64,000 nucleotides of DNA from an uncultured bacterium. Lineage in GTDB: Bacteria > Fidelibacterota > Marinisomatia > Marinisomatales > UBA1611. The DNA is taken from NCBI GenBank assembly GCA_943788175.1, contig CALSPG010000001.1, positions 64,001 to 128,000 on the forward strand, read 5' to 3'. The first letter of the stretch is position 1, and every line of letters begins with the position of its first letter. Made by a program: the position numbers and the translations under genes. The notes beneath the pieces are model-generated. The model saw only the letters and a program-made list of their open reading frames with translations. It did no database searches and was not told the DNA's origin. Shown here in pieces: positions 27,697 through 38,585 of the stretch.

Positions 27697-29417
27697 TGGC
27701 TAGTGATTTTAATCCGCAATTTCAAAAAATTGGTGAAATTTTAATTCATGCCTCAAAAATTGATGAAAGCAAATTAAATAGTGCGTTAGCTGAACAAAAA
27801 AAGACGAATGAAAAATTAGGGCAAGTTTTGATTTCGATGGGGTCTATTGATGAAGATGATTTTATTACAGCTTACTCAATGCAAATGGGATATCGTAAAG
27901 CAGATAATTTTTTGCTTTTAGAAGCGGATCAAGATGCAGTTGGTTTAATACCTGAAGATTTTGCTAGATCTAATTCAGTTTTAGCAGTAAAAAGATCAGA
28001 TAGTGCTGTTACGATAGTGATGGAAGATCCTGAGGATATTGCCACGATAGATTCAGTGAAACGTTTAACTGGCCTAGAGCCCGACATTGTTGTCGCTGGT
28101 TTTGATTTAATTAATAAAGCGATGGATCAACTTTATGGCGAAATTACACAAGCGGGTAAAGTTGAAGAGGCTATACAAGGCATTACTGTTATTTCAGGAG
28201 ATGAAGATTCAGCAGAAGAGGTAGACCTCTCCCCAGAGAATGCTAGCGATGAAGATGCTCCAATAGTAAAGCTAGTTAATTTAATCCTGCAGGAAGCAAT
28301 AAAAGAGCGTGCTACAGATATCCACGTTGAACCGCAAGAGAGCAAAGTAAATGTGAGAATACGTATTGATGGTGTTCTTCAAATTATTATGACTCCACCG
28401 TCAACTTCTCTCAGCGGCTTAGTTACAAGAATAAAAATATTGTCAAAACTTAATATAGCAGAAAAAAGATTACCGCAAGATGGTAGGTTTTCTATCAAGA
28501 CAGCAGCAAAAGATTTAGATGTTCGTGTGTCTATTTTACCTACAGTGCATGGGGAAAAAATTGTAATGAGGTTGCTAGATAAAAGTGGATTTGATTTTAA
28601 TCTTACAACATTGGGTTTTCCTAAAAAGAATCTAAGCATCTTTAAAAAAGTTATTAGTCAACCTTATGGTATGGTCGTTGTATCGGGACCGACAGGTTCT
28701 GGAAAATCAACTTCTTTATACGCTGCACTTAAGCAAATAAAAGATGAAAAAACAAATATTATTACCGTTGAAGATCCTGTTGAATATCAACTTGATGGTA
28801 TTACTCAAGTCCAGATTTTTGAAGATATCGGTCTCACCTTTGGTTCTTCGTTGCGATCAATCTTGCGTCAAGATCCAGATGTATTATTGATTGGTGAGAT
28901 AAGAGATGAAGAGACAGCGGATATTGCTGTTAAGTTTTCTTTAACAGGTCATTTGGTCTTTTCAACTGTTCACGCAAATGATGCTCCAGGTACTTTAACA
29001 AGATTGCTAGATATTGGAATTGCCCCATTTTTGGTAGGATCATGCTTGAACTTAGTTATGGCTCAAAGATTGGTCAGAAAGTTATGTGATAAATGCAAAG
29101 AATCATATGCTCCTACGGCTGATGAACTAGCATTGATTGGATTAGAAACCAAAGATGTAAAAGGAGAGCTTAATAAAGCAAAAGGTTGCGCCGATTGCAG
29201 AAATACTGGCTATCGAGGAAGAACAGCTATCTTCGAAATGATTCCTATGGCAAGAGAATTAAGAAAACTTGTTTTTGATAGTGCAAATGAAGACGAGATA
29301 AGGCAGGCGGCTATTAAAAATGGCATGGTAACACTTCGAGACGCTGGTAATGAAAGAGTCCTAGATGGCACTACTAGTGTTGAAGAAGTGTTGAGGTCAA
29401 CTGTCGAGGATTTATAG
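27696..29417 (+). CDS. pilB: Type IV pilus extension ATPase PilB (GspE/PulE family) with an MshEN-like N-terminus
   Basis: EKRLPQDG, Walker A GPTGSGKS, LRQDPDVLLIGEIRD, tetracysteine CDKC/CADC; TAATG overlap gives the start at 27696. Confidence 0.95.
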   Translation: MASDFNPQFQKIGEILIHASKIDESKLNSALAEQKKTNEKLGQVLISMGSIDEDDFITAYSMQMGYRKADNFLLLEADQDAVGLIPEDFARSNSVLAVKRSDSAVTIVMEDPEDIATIDSVKRLTGLEPDIVVAGFDLINKAMDQLYGEITQAGKVEEAIQGITVISGDEDSAEEVDLSPENASDEDAPIVKLVNLILQEAIKERATDIHVEPQESKVNVRIRIDGVLQIIMTPPSTSLSGLVTRIKILSKLNIAEKRLPQDGRFSIKTAAKDLDVRVSILPTVHGEKIVMRLLDKSGFDFNLTTLGFPKKNLSIFKKVISQPYGMVVVSGPTGSGKSTSLYAALKQIKDEKTNIITVEDPVEYQLDGITQVQIFEDIGLTFGSSLRSILRQDPDVLLIGEIRDEETADIAVKFSLTGHLVFSTVHANDAPGTLTRLLDIGIAPFLVGSCLNLVMAQRLVRKLCDKCKESYAPTADELALIGLETKDVKGELNKAKGCADCRNTGYRGRTAIFEMIPMARELRKLVFDSANEDEIRQAAIKNGMVTLRDAGNERVLDGTTSVEEVLRSTVEDL

Positions 29418-30667
29418 TGAGCGTATTTCATTACTTAGTTAAAAATGATGAAGGCAGTAGGTCAGAGGGTGATATACGTGCTGAATCAATGGATTTAGCT
29501 ATCCAAAAGCTCACGTCGAATGGGCAGATAGTTATTACCTTAAAAGAGGTTGATACTACTTTTGATTTCTTAGGGCCATTTCTTGATGAAATCAATCTGA
29601 CTTTTGAAAGACTAAAAAATAGAGTACCTTTAGCAAATATTGTATTTTTTACCAGGCAGCTGGCAACAATGTTTAGTGCGGGATTAACTCTTAGAAAGGG
29701 CTATAAGCGCTCTTTCTGTTGAAGAGAAGCACAAAAAGTTTAAAAAAATTCTTACTGAGGTAGGCTCAAGTATCCGTAAAGGATTAAATCTTTCTGAATC
29801 ATTATCTCGTCACCCAGGTGTTTTTAATAATCTTTTTGTTGCGATGACAAAAGCTGGTGAAGTAAGTGGAAATTTAAATGAGATCTTAGATCAACTGGCT
29901 TCATACCTTGAAAATCTTGATGATACACGAAGAAAAGTAAAAGGGGCAATGACGTATCCTATATTTATGGTCATTTTTCTAGGGTGCATGGTATTAGCAA
30001 TGTTTATTTGGATTATTCCAAAGTTTTCTGAAGTCTATTCTCAGCTTGGGGCTTCACTTCCTGGAGCGACTAAGAAAGATGATGGATGCTAGTGCCTGGG
30101 TAACTGAAAATTTAGGTTTTATGGTTTTTCAACTTTATTGTTGTGTTTTTGGTGGTCTTCTTAATTTCAAAAACCCAGCGAGGAGGATTCATTATTGACA
30201 CTGTTAAATTGAAAATCCCAGTGTTTGGAAGTCTACTTAATCAATCTATATTAAATAAATTTTGTAAAACCTTTGGAATCTTGATTGGTGCTGGTGTCCC
30301 TGTGCTTGAAGCAATGGCGCTATTAAAAAAAGTAGTTGGAAACAAAGTCTACGAAAAAGCAGTTCAAGATGCGTCTAATTACATTAGAGATGGTTACAAT
30401 ATTTCAACAGCGCTACGAAGAACTGAAGTTTTCCCGTCTATCTTGCTTCAACTTGTCTCTACAGGTGAAGAAACTGGGGAAATTGATGATTTACTTGATA
30501 GAGCAGCTGATTATTATCATAAACAGGTTAACGCTCTAGTAGAGCGTATGACTACTCTGATTGAGCCTCTTCTAATATTGATGGTGGGCGCTGTTATTGC
30601 TCTTATGGTTGTTCTTACTTATCTACCAGTCTTTCATCTTGGATCTGCATTGCAGTCGGGTTTGTAA
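29417..30667 (+). CDS. pilC: Type IV pilus platform protein PilC (GspF family), broken by three +1 indels as assembled
   Basis: FTRQLATMFSAGL | AGEVSGNL..L..L, AMTYP | GEETGEID..L...IEPLLI..YLPVF; frame changes near 29691, 30072 and 30126. Confidence 0.9.
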
Positions 30668-30672
30668 TAAAA

Positions 30673-31320
30673 ATGTTAAATGTGTTTTTGATATTATGCA
30701 TCAGTTATATTTACGCAAGATCATTAAAATTTTCTATTAATTGGTTGAATGTTGATGGATTCTCTATTAGAAATAACGATTTCAAAATGGAGGCATTTTG
30801 CGCATTATCATGGTTGTGGGGTTCTTATGCATTGCCACCAATGGAAGCTGTGATTTTTAGCTTGCTTGCAGGGTTGCTGTTTGCAATTAGTTGGGTTGAT
30901 TTTTACACCTTTCAAATTCCACTTCTTTTCATTCTCGTCGGTTCTCTGATTGTTTTATATGGTGTTGTAAATGGGGTATTTCATTATAAGACTGCATTTT
31001 ATGGTGTTGTCGTTGGCTCCATTATACCCTTAGTATTGATTTGGCTTATTTTTCTTATTACGAAAAGACAAGGGATGGGTTATGGTGATATTCAACTTGG
31101 TTTTGTTTTAGGTATTTGGTTAGGTCCAATGAGAATGGCACTTACACTTTTTGGCGCATCATTATTAAGTTTAATTGTTTGGGTAATTATAGCTGTTATA
31201 AAAGGTTTTGATAGGAATAGAGCATTGCCGTTTGCGCCATATCTAGCAATTGCTTCTATTGCTATCTATATTGGAAGTTTCTATTTTCCTAACATATTTC
31301 ATTATTTAATATTTAATTAG
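30673..31320 (+). CDS. pilD: Prepilin peptidase (A24), peptidase domain only
   Basis: Catalytic Asp motifs WVDFYT and GMGYGDIQL, LPFAPYL; no CxxC pairs. Confidence 0.88.
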   Translation: MLNVFLILCISYIYARSLKFSINWLNVDGFSIRNNDFKMEAFCALSWLWGSYALPPMEAVIFSLLAGLLFAISWVDFYTFQIPLLFILVGSLIVLYGVVNGVFHYKTAFYGVVVGSIIPLVLIWLIFLITKRQGMGYGDIQLGFVLGIWLGPMRMALTLFGASLLSLIVWVIIAVIKGFDRNRALPFAPYLAIASIAIYIGSFYFPNIFHYLIFN

Positions 31321-31332
31321 AGAGATTTTAAA

Positions 31333-34300
31333 ATGAAAATCAAATTTTTATCGTTTATATTTATTTTTTACACTGCTTTTGGTGCTGAAAATCTTACATC
31401 TATTTCAAAAGATCCAGGGTTTAAGTATCAAGTTAAAAACAATGGTAATGGTCTCATTACATACACCACGCCAGAATATGTTATTGATTCTAAAAATGAT
31501 ATTAATGGTAAAATTCTTAAAAAGCCTGTTTTTTCAAATTCTAGCCAAACTTCTGAGCCTGGAATGCCCGATCTGCCATCAAGCACAACATTTATCGCAG
31601 TTGACCCAAATAAAAATTACTCCATAGAAGTAACATATGGCTCTTCACGCTTTATTAATGACGTTGATATAGTCGCAAAAGGTTCTTGGGATAATAACGT
31701 AAATGAAGACGTAGTCTCAGAACCAAATTATTCTGATATTGATAATTATTATCCAGCTGACATCGCTTTGATATCTGAACCTATGGCTATGAGAGAATTA
31801 TCATTGCTTACATTAACAGTCTCGCCATTTCGGTATCATCCTGATCAAAAAATCTTAGAAGAATTTATTGATATTGAAATAGAATTAGTTGAGAACGGTA
31901 GTCGTGAATCTGCTCTGTTTCACCCTTCAAAACGATCAAGAGCTTTTGAACCATTATATAAATCAATGATTGCAAATTATTCTTCTTTAAACCGTGAAAG
32001 TATTCCTTACCAGAGACCTTCTATTTTGTATGTTCTTCCGAATAATATAGGAAACCTTTTAGGGACAGTTGAAGTACTTATGGATTGGAAAAAAAGAATG
32101 GGATATGAAGTAAACTATATATCTAGTTCTAATATTGTGAATAACTCTAATAACCTTAAAGATTATATAGAGACTGCTTACGAAGGTTGGGATAATCCCC
32201 CAGAATATGTTACTATCGTAGGCGATGCTGAGGGTAGCTACGATATACCAACGCATTTTGAAAATTGGAGTGGTTACAATGGAGAAGGTGACCATCCTTA
32301 TGCCACACTAGTTGGAAATGATTTATTCCCGGAATTATTTGTTGGTAGGCTTTCTTTTGATAGTCAAAGCCATTTACAGACCATTATAAGTAAAACTGTT
32401 AATTATGAATCAAACCCCTATATGGGTGAAAATTGGTTTAAAAGAGCATGTTTAGTTGGAGACCCTTCTACTTCAGGCGTTTCATGCATTATTACAAATA
32501 ATAATATAAAAGAAGTTCTTCAAAATTATGGATATGAAGATATAAGAACTGTTTTTTCTGGGGATTTTCCTAGTCAGATGACTAGTAATCTTAATGATGG
32601 AGTAGGGTTTTTTAATTACAGAGGTTTTTATGGCGTAAGTGGCTATACGAATGATGACCCTGGCTTGTCAAATAATGGTTTTATGCTTCCAATTGCCACA
32701 GTCATTACCTGTGGAACGGGTTCTTTTGGTACTGAAGAATCATTGTCCGAGTCGTTTTTAAGAGCTGGAACTGCTTCAAACCCAAGAGCTGCAGTTGCTT
32801 GTATCGGTACTGCAACACTGGGTACGCATACGATGTTTAATAATATGGTTGATATGGGTTTTTATCATGGCGCTATTGTTGAAAATATAAACTCAGTTGG
32901 TGGTGCTCTTATGGCCGGTAAACTCTGGCTTTCTAGAGCATACCCTACGAACCCTAATCAATATGTTTCTACTTTTACTCATTGGAACAGCCTTATGGGT
33001 GATGCCTCTCTTCAAATGTGGACAGAATATCCTGAAATGCTAAATGTATCGCATTTGTATTCTCTGACAAAAGGTACCAATTTCATCGATTTTTCGCTTA
33101 CTAATAGTGGTGGCAACCCTGTGCAAGATGCTTGGGTAACAATCTACAAAGAAGGCTCTGTTTTAGAGTCTGGTTATAGTGATTCCAATGGATCAATTCG
33201 ATTAATGATTCCAATTGTTCAGGAAGGCGAGATTCTTGTAACAGTTACTAAAAAAAATCATTACCCATATCAAAGCTCTTTTCAAATCTACAATCCAGGT
33301 GCCAGTGTGAATATTTTTGGTGATAACATATCCCTAATTGAAAATGGAACTGGTTCTTCAAATGGGAATGGAGATGGAGAAATAAATTCTGGCGAAGTAG
33401 TAGACCTGATTATTCCTGTATCGAACTATGGTAATGCAAATGCTTCTCAAATTAGTGGTACTCTTTCTTCAGAAAATTCTAATGTTACAATTACAAATGA
33501 TACATTTTTTTACGGAGACCTAACATCAGGAGATGTTGTTAGTAACGATTCATCTCCGTTTACATTTAGCGTAAATAACGATGTGCATGATAATTCAAAT
33601 GTTAAGCTGTTGCTTACACTTACCAATAGTAATGGTTATTTGTCTACAGGCTATTTGGAGTTTTCTGTCTCAGGCAAAAATATTTATGCATCGAATATTG
33701 ATGTTTCTGGCAGTAGTCAAGATGTCTTGTCAGCCGGAGAAATATCAAATGTTCATATTCAATTACATAATATTGGCTCCACTATAGCACAAAATATTAC
33801 AGGTCAAATAACCTCATCATCTGGTGCAATAGAGATTATTGATAATTCCGCTACTTGGTCATCAATCAATCCAGGTGCCTATAGCTCTAGCTCAAACAGT
33901 GGGGATTCATTTATTATTAGTGCTCAAGAAGATGTTATTCCTGGGACCATCGCAAATTTAATTGTATCTCTAAGTTCGGATGATGGATACTCAGCCTCTT
34001 CAGTTATTACGATCCAAATTGGTATTCCGTCAGAAAATGATCCATTGGGACCAGATGAATATGGTTATTATATATATGATAGCGGAGATATTGACTATCT
34101 TATTGCACCATCTTATGATTGGATTGAGATAGATGATAGGTATGATGGAAATGGTACGTATTTAAACTCCCTAAGTGATAATGGCGATAATGGAGATGAT
34201 GTCCAGACAGTTTAGCCTACCTTTTAATTTTAGATTTTATGGCCAAGAATATGAAAGTCTAAGTATTTGTTCAAATGGATGGATATCTTTTGGCGCAACT

Positions 34301-34939
34301 GATTTAAGCTCATTTAGAAATTATCCTCTGCCAGGAGCTGGGGGACCAGGAAAGATGGTCGCTGTTTTTTGGGATGATTTAAAATTAACAAATTCAGGAA
34401 GAGTTTATACTTGGTATGACGAAATTAATAAATTGTTTATAGTTCAATGGTCAAGAGTTCGTACTTTCCAAAATAATACTTCAGAAACATTTCAAGTGAT
34501 TTTAAAAGATCCTATGTATCACACTACTCCTACTGGTGATGGCGAAATAGTGATACAATATTTAGATTTCAATAATGATACTAATGGAAGCTATAGTTGG
34601 AGTCAAATTCATGGTAACTATTGCACTGTAGGTATTGAAGATCATACAATGAAACGAGGATTACAGTATACTTTTAATAATTCATATGCTGATGCAGCTA
34701 TGCCTTTATCAGATGGAACTGCGATTTTAATTACCACCCGTGGAAGTGAACTGCGTTTAGATGGTGATTTAAATACTGATGGAATGATTGATGTGAATGA
34801 TCTTCTTATTCTTATAGATCATATCGTTGTAGACCAAACAAATTTTAACCCATACCTAGCAGATATAAATTCTGATGGAATGGTGAATATTTTGGATATG
34901 GTAAGGCTTATTCAAATTGTAATGGGTTACGATCAGTAA
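31333..34939 (+). CDS. C25 (gingipain-like) peptidase with propeptide, Ig domains, a nidogen-like domain and a C-terminal type I dockerin; one +1 indel near 34212
   Basis: GMPDLP propeptide; IVGDA, DHPY, VGRLS, NYRGF, ITCGTG, LMGDAS; removing one T at 34211-34213 fuses the two ORFs (VQTV-SLPFNF); dockerin GDLNTDGMIDVNDL / ADINSDGMVNILDM. Confidence 0.85.
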
Positions 34940-34960
34940 TTTTAACTGAGTCTTGCGGGT

Positions 34961-36145
34961 ATGCTAATTTCGCCCTTATTGATTCTTGGTTTTCTAGCTA
35001 CCCTTTTAATCATTGCCGGCCTACTAGAATTTAAATACCATCAAACAAGCTTATCCGGTATTCCAATTAGAATTCATGTAAACGGTACCAGAGGAAAATC
35101 AAGCGTCACTCGTCTTATAGCTGCAGGGTTAAGAGCTGGAGGAAAACGTACATTTGCCAAAACAACAGGCACGGCACCTAGAGTAATTGATTCTAAAGGA
35201 ATCGATAGAATTATCCATAGATTAAGAAAACCCTCTATTGGTGAGCAAGTAAGATTGCTTAAATATTTTTCTGATGAAAAACCTGATGTGGTTGTAATGG
35301 AATGTATGGCAGTTCAACCTCAATATCAGTGGATCTCTGAACATCAGATGGTAAAATCAGATATTGGGGTTATTACGAATGCAAGGCCAGATCACTTAGA
35401 TGAAATGGGGCCAACAGAAGTGGATGTTGTAAAATCATTATGTAATTCAATTCCTGTAGGTGGTGTTCTTGTAACGGCTGAAAAAAAACACAAAAAAATC
35501 ATTAAAAAAGTTACGTATGACAATAACTCTGATTTTATTTTATCAGATGAAAATTCAATTTCAAATGAGTATATAAACAATTTTAAATACATCGAGCACC
35601 CTCAAAACATAGCAATCGCATTGGATGTGTGTGAAAAAATTAGGAATTGATAGAGACACAGCAATAGGAGGTATGCACCAAGTTCAACCAGATTTAGGTG
35701 CTTTGATTGTTTGGAAATTAATTGGTCAAAAAGGTTCATTGCAATTCGTAAATGGAATGGCTGCAAATGACCCCGTATCGACATTGCAAATATGGAAATT
35801 TGTAATTGATAGGTATCCTACCAAAAGTGCAACGGCGGTATTTTTTAATTCAAGAGATGACCGCCCTATACGTACAAAACAAATGTTAGAACTCACGTTT
35901 GAAGAAATTCGACCTGAATATTTAATTGTCAGAGGTGATAAGATCGAAGCAAAAATAAACAAGCTTAAACACCACTCGCCTGAAACTATTGTTATAAATA
36001 TTCTCTATTGACGAGAAGCCTGATGTTGTTAGTAAAGCGATATTAAATTGCCTGATGATTCAATTATTTACGCAATTGGTAACCAAGTAGGAAGTTGGGC
36101 AAGAGATATTAGAAGATTTAGCCAGGAATAGAAGTAATTGGTTGA
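34961..36145 (+). CDS. capB: Poly-gamma-glutamate synthase CapB/PgsB (Mur/folylpolyglutamate ligase family), several indels as assembled
   Basis: IRIHVNGTRGKSSVTRLIAAGL, KTTGT, ECMAVQP, ITNARPDHLDEMGPT, FVNGMAANDP, NSRDDRP.RT, then YAIGNQVG in a later frame; shifts near 35636, 36000, 36047 and 36093; end approximate. Confidence 0.92.
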
Positions 36146-36582
36146 AATTAGCATTGGGTTAGGAATTATTCTAAGCTTAGTATTGTCAGAAGCTCTAGGC
36201 GTCACAGCTGGTGGGATTATTGTGCCAGGTTATATAGCTTTATTTTTACATCAACCAGTTCAGGATATTCTCAACTTTTTTTGTAGCTATTTTGGTTTTA
36301 GGAATAATAAAAATTTTAAGCAAAATTATGTTCTTATATGGAAAAAGGAGAATTGTACTTGCACTGATCCTTGGTTTTTTCTTCGGCTATTTATCTAGAA
36401 CGTTGTATGTTGATTCGGAAAGCATAAAAAGTGTTGCTGTTATAGGTAATATTATACCTGGCCTTATTGCAAATTGGATGGATAGACAAGGTGTGACGCG
36501 CACAATTTCAGTTGTTATTCTTACAGCTGTCATTGTAAAGCTGATGGTGATGATATTATTTGGAGGAGCAATCTTTGAATAA
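36138..36582 (+). CDS. capC: Poly-gamma-glutamate biosynthesis membrane protein CapC/PgsC, one +1 indel near 36262
   Basis: GVTAGGIIVPGYIAL ... LYGKRR ... VIGNIIPGLIANWMDRQG. Confidence 0.92.
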
Positions 36583-37729
36583 TTACAAACAAAATCCATT
36601 CATTCCTGCAATTCAAAAAACATCCACTCTCTTAATTTTGTCTCTTATAGCAATGGTTGCCTTTATAATTTCATTAAAGAGTACCATCATAGAGGTATCA
36701 TCTTCATACGATACGAAAGTTAAAGCTGCTTCTCTAATGAAAAAATCAATGAATGTATTGAAGTCTAATAGAATGGTTTCTAGTGTTTTTATTGATGATG
36801 AAAATGACCCGAATGAAACCGGATTAGTTGGAAGTCCATTCAGTCTGATAACTACTGACGAAGGTGATTTAGACGCGAAACTCACAACATTAGATCCAAA
36901 CTTTTCTGCAGGTATGGTCGAACTGATGGTTCAAGTCGGCATAGAAAAAAATGACACTGTAGCGGTCCTTTTAACTGGGTCTATGCCAGGTGGAAATATT
37001 GCAGTCCTTACTGCATTGAAAGCACTTGGCGCTTATTCTGTTGTCATTACATCTGTTGGAGCATCACAATGGGGTGCAAATCATATTGATTTTACTTGGC
37101 TTGATATGGAAAAAATACTTTATGAAGAAAATTTAATTCTAAATAGAAGTATAGCTGCATCCATTGGCGGACGAAATGATATGGGTAGATTACTTAGTCC
37201 TGAAGGAAGAAATATTATTAATAAAAATATTTCAAAGCATGGGTTACCAATAATTAAAAAAAGTAGATTGGCTGATAACATAAGTCATAGAATGAAACTT
37301 TTTAATAATATCGCGAAAATAGATAATTATAGTGCAATGATAAATGTCGGAGGTGGTGTAGCAAGCTTGGGTACAAGTTTTAATTCAAAATTACTTCCTG
37401 CAGGCATTGTAAATAGATCTGATGTCCAAAGTATTTCATTGCAGGACGGTGGAATAGAAGGTGTTTTATCAAAATTTTCAAAAAACGACATTCCGGTTTT
37501 ACATGTATTAAACATTAAATCATTAACAGAAAAACTTGGAATGCCTTTTGCTCCAATACCTGTTCCTGAGGTTGGTGTGGGTACTTTATATGCTGTTGAA
37601 AAATATAACGTATTTGTTGCCTTCGTCTGCTTAATCGTCTTATGTAGTGCAGTTTTTGTAGTTGGTTATCAAAGTAAAAAAGAAATAAAGGAGCATCTCA
37701 TAAATCATGAGCCAGATAGTTTACTATAA
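36575..37729 (+). CDS. pgsW: Poly-gamma-glutamate system protein (PgsW-type)
   Basis: DPNETGLVG...ITTDEGDLDAKLTTLDPNF, GSMPGGNIA, SVGASQWGAN, INVGGG; N- and C-terminal TM; follows capBC; start uncertain (36560 or 36575). Confidence 0.85.
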   Translation: MNNYKQNPFIPAIQKTSTLLILSLIAMVAFIISLKSTIIEVSSSYDTKVKAASLMKKSMNVLKSNRMVSSVFIDDENDPNETGLVGSPFSLITTDEGDLDAKLTTLDPNFSAGMVELMVQVGIEKNDTVAVLLTGSMPGGNIAVLTALKALGAYSVVITSVGASQWGANHIDFTWLDMEKILYEENLILNRSIAASIGGRNDMGRLLSPEGRNIINKNISKHGLPIIKKSRLADNISHRMKLFNNIAKIDNYSAMINVGGGVASLGTSFNSKLLPAGIVNRSDVQSISLQDGGIEGVLSKFSKNDIPVLHVLNIKSLTEKLGMPFAPIPVPEVGVGTLYAVEKYNVFVAFVCLIVLCSAVFVVGYQSKKEIKEHLINHEPDSLL

Positions 37730-38585
37730 GTTAATTTTTATCTCGTTGTTCTTTATTTGTGAATCTACTGCGTTTGCAAAATTATTGAGACCATCAAAGA
37801 ATCGAGACCAGAAAGAAATTCTTGTCATAAACTCAAAAAGAAGAGTTTATTATCCAATTAAACAAGAAGGTCTTGTTTATCAGATTAATGGCCCTGTAAG
37901 GACGGAATTTATTAGTAGGTATCCAGTACTAAAGAAAAAGAAAAGGAGTCACAGTTTTAACTATGTTATTGTACTTAACCAAAAAGACACCATTAACGTC
38001 AATCATCGATACAAAGTGCAATCTCCTGTGCGCTCTGTTCAGCACCCAAAACATAGATACACTTTTTCTGGAAACTATTTTATTAACCTGCCTAAAGGAA
38101 ACCATACGGTAGAAATTCTTCAAAATAAAGATTTAAAGTACCCTGTTCTTCTTCGGCTATTATCGAAAGAATTTGAAACCCCAAAGAAAGATCAAGAAAT
38201 ATTAGTTCCTATGGTTCATAAGAATAATGTGGATATTGAATTAGATGGAAAAAATCTAAAATATTTTGAATGTAGTAAAAATATACCTTTGCAGATAGAA
38301 GCATACGGTCCAAAGATCTTAAGAATTATTAGTAGATTAGAGTTTACAGAAAAAATGGGAGCACAGGAATCTTATAGAATTCACGTAAAAAGTGAAAAAA
38401 AAGTGGTTGGAACTTATTTTTTTAATACTGAAAGGTCTGGATCTTCAAAAATTAAAAATCGGTCAGATAAAGTACCTGGCAAATGGCGAAGTTGTGAAAT
38501 TAAAGTACCAAAAGGTAATCATAATTTTTCTATTGAAGTTTTTGATGAGGGAAAAACAGCTCTTACGCGTTTTATGTTATACTAA
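37707..38585 (+). CDS. Exported basic protein with two tandem homologous beta domains, function unknown
   Basis: Signal peptide ending AFA; internal repeat YY..GP...FISR...PKGNH.VEI / YF..GP...IISR...PKGNH.FSI; Lys/Arg-rich. Confidence 0.75.
   Translation: MSQIVYYKLIFISLFFICESTAFAKLLRPSKNRDQKEILVINSKRRVYYPIKQEGLVYQINGPVRTEFISRYPVLKKKKRSHSFNYVIVLNQKDTINVNHRYKVQSPVRSVQHPKHRYTFSGNYFINLPKGNHTVEILQNKDLKYPVLLRLLSKEFETPKKDQEILVPMVHKNNVDIELDGKNLKYFECSKNIPLQIEAYGPKILRIISRLEFTEKMGAQESYRIHVKSEKKVVGTYFFNTERSGSSKIKNRSDKVPGKWRSCEIKVPKGNHNFSIEVFDEGKTALTRFMLY

Noticed and set aside
29695-29730. Programmed ribosomal frameshifting in pilC or capB
   Set aside because: Multiple shifts per gene and no consistent slippery heptamer or stimulatory structure; sequencing error is more parsimonious
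16348-31320. Calling the cluster a type II secretion system
   Set aside because: PilT with AIRNLIRE and PilM/N/O identify it as a type IVa pilus; the T2SS-like traits are reported separately
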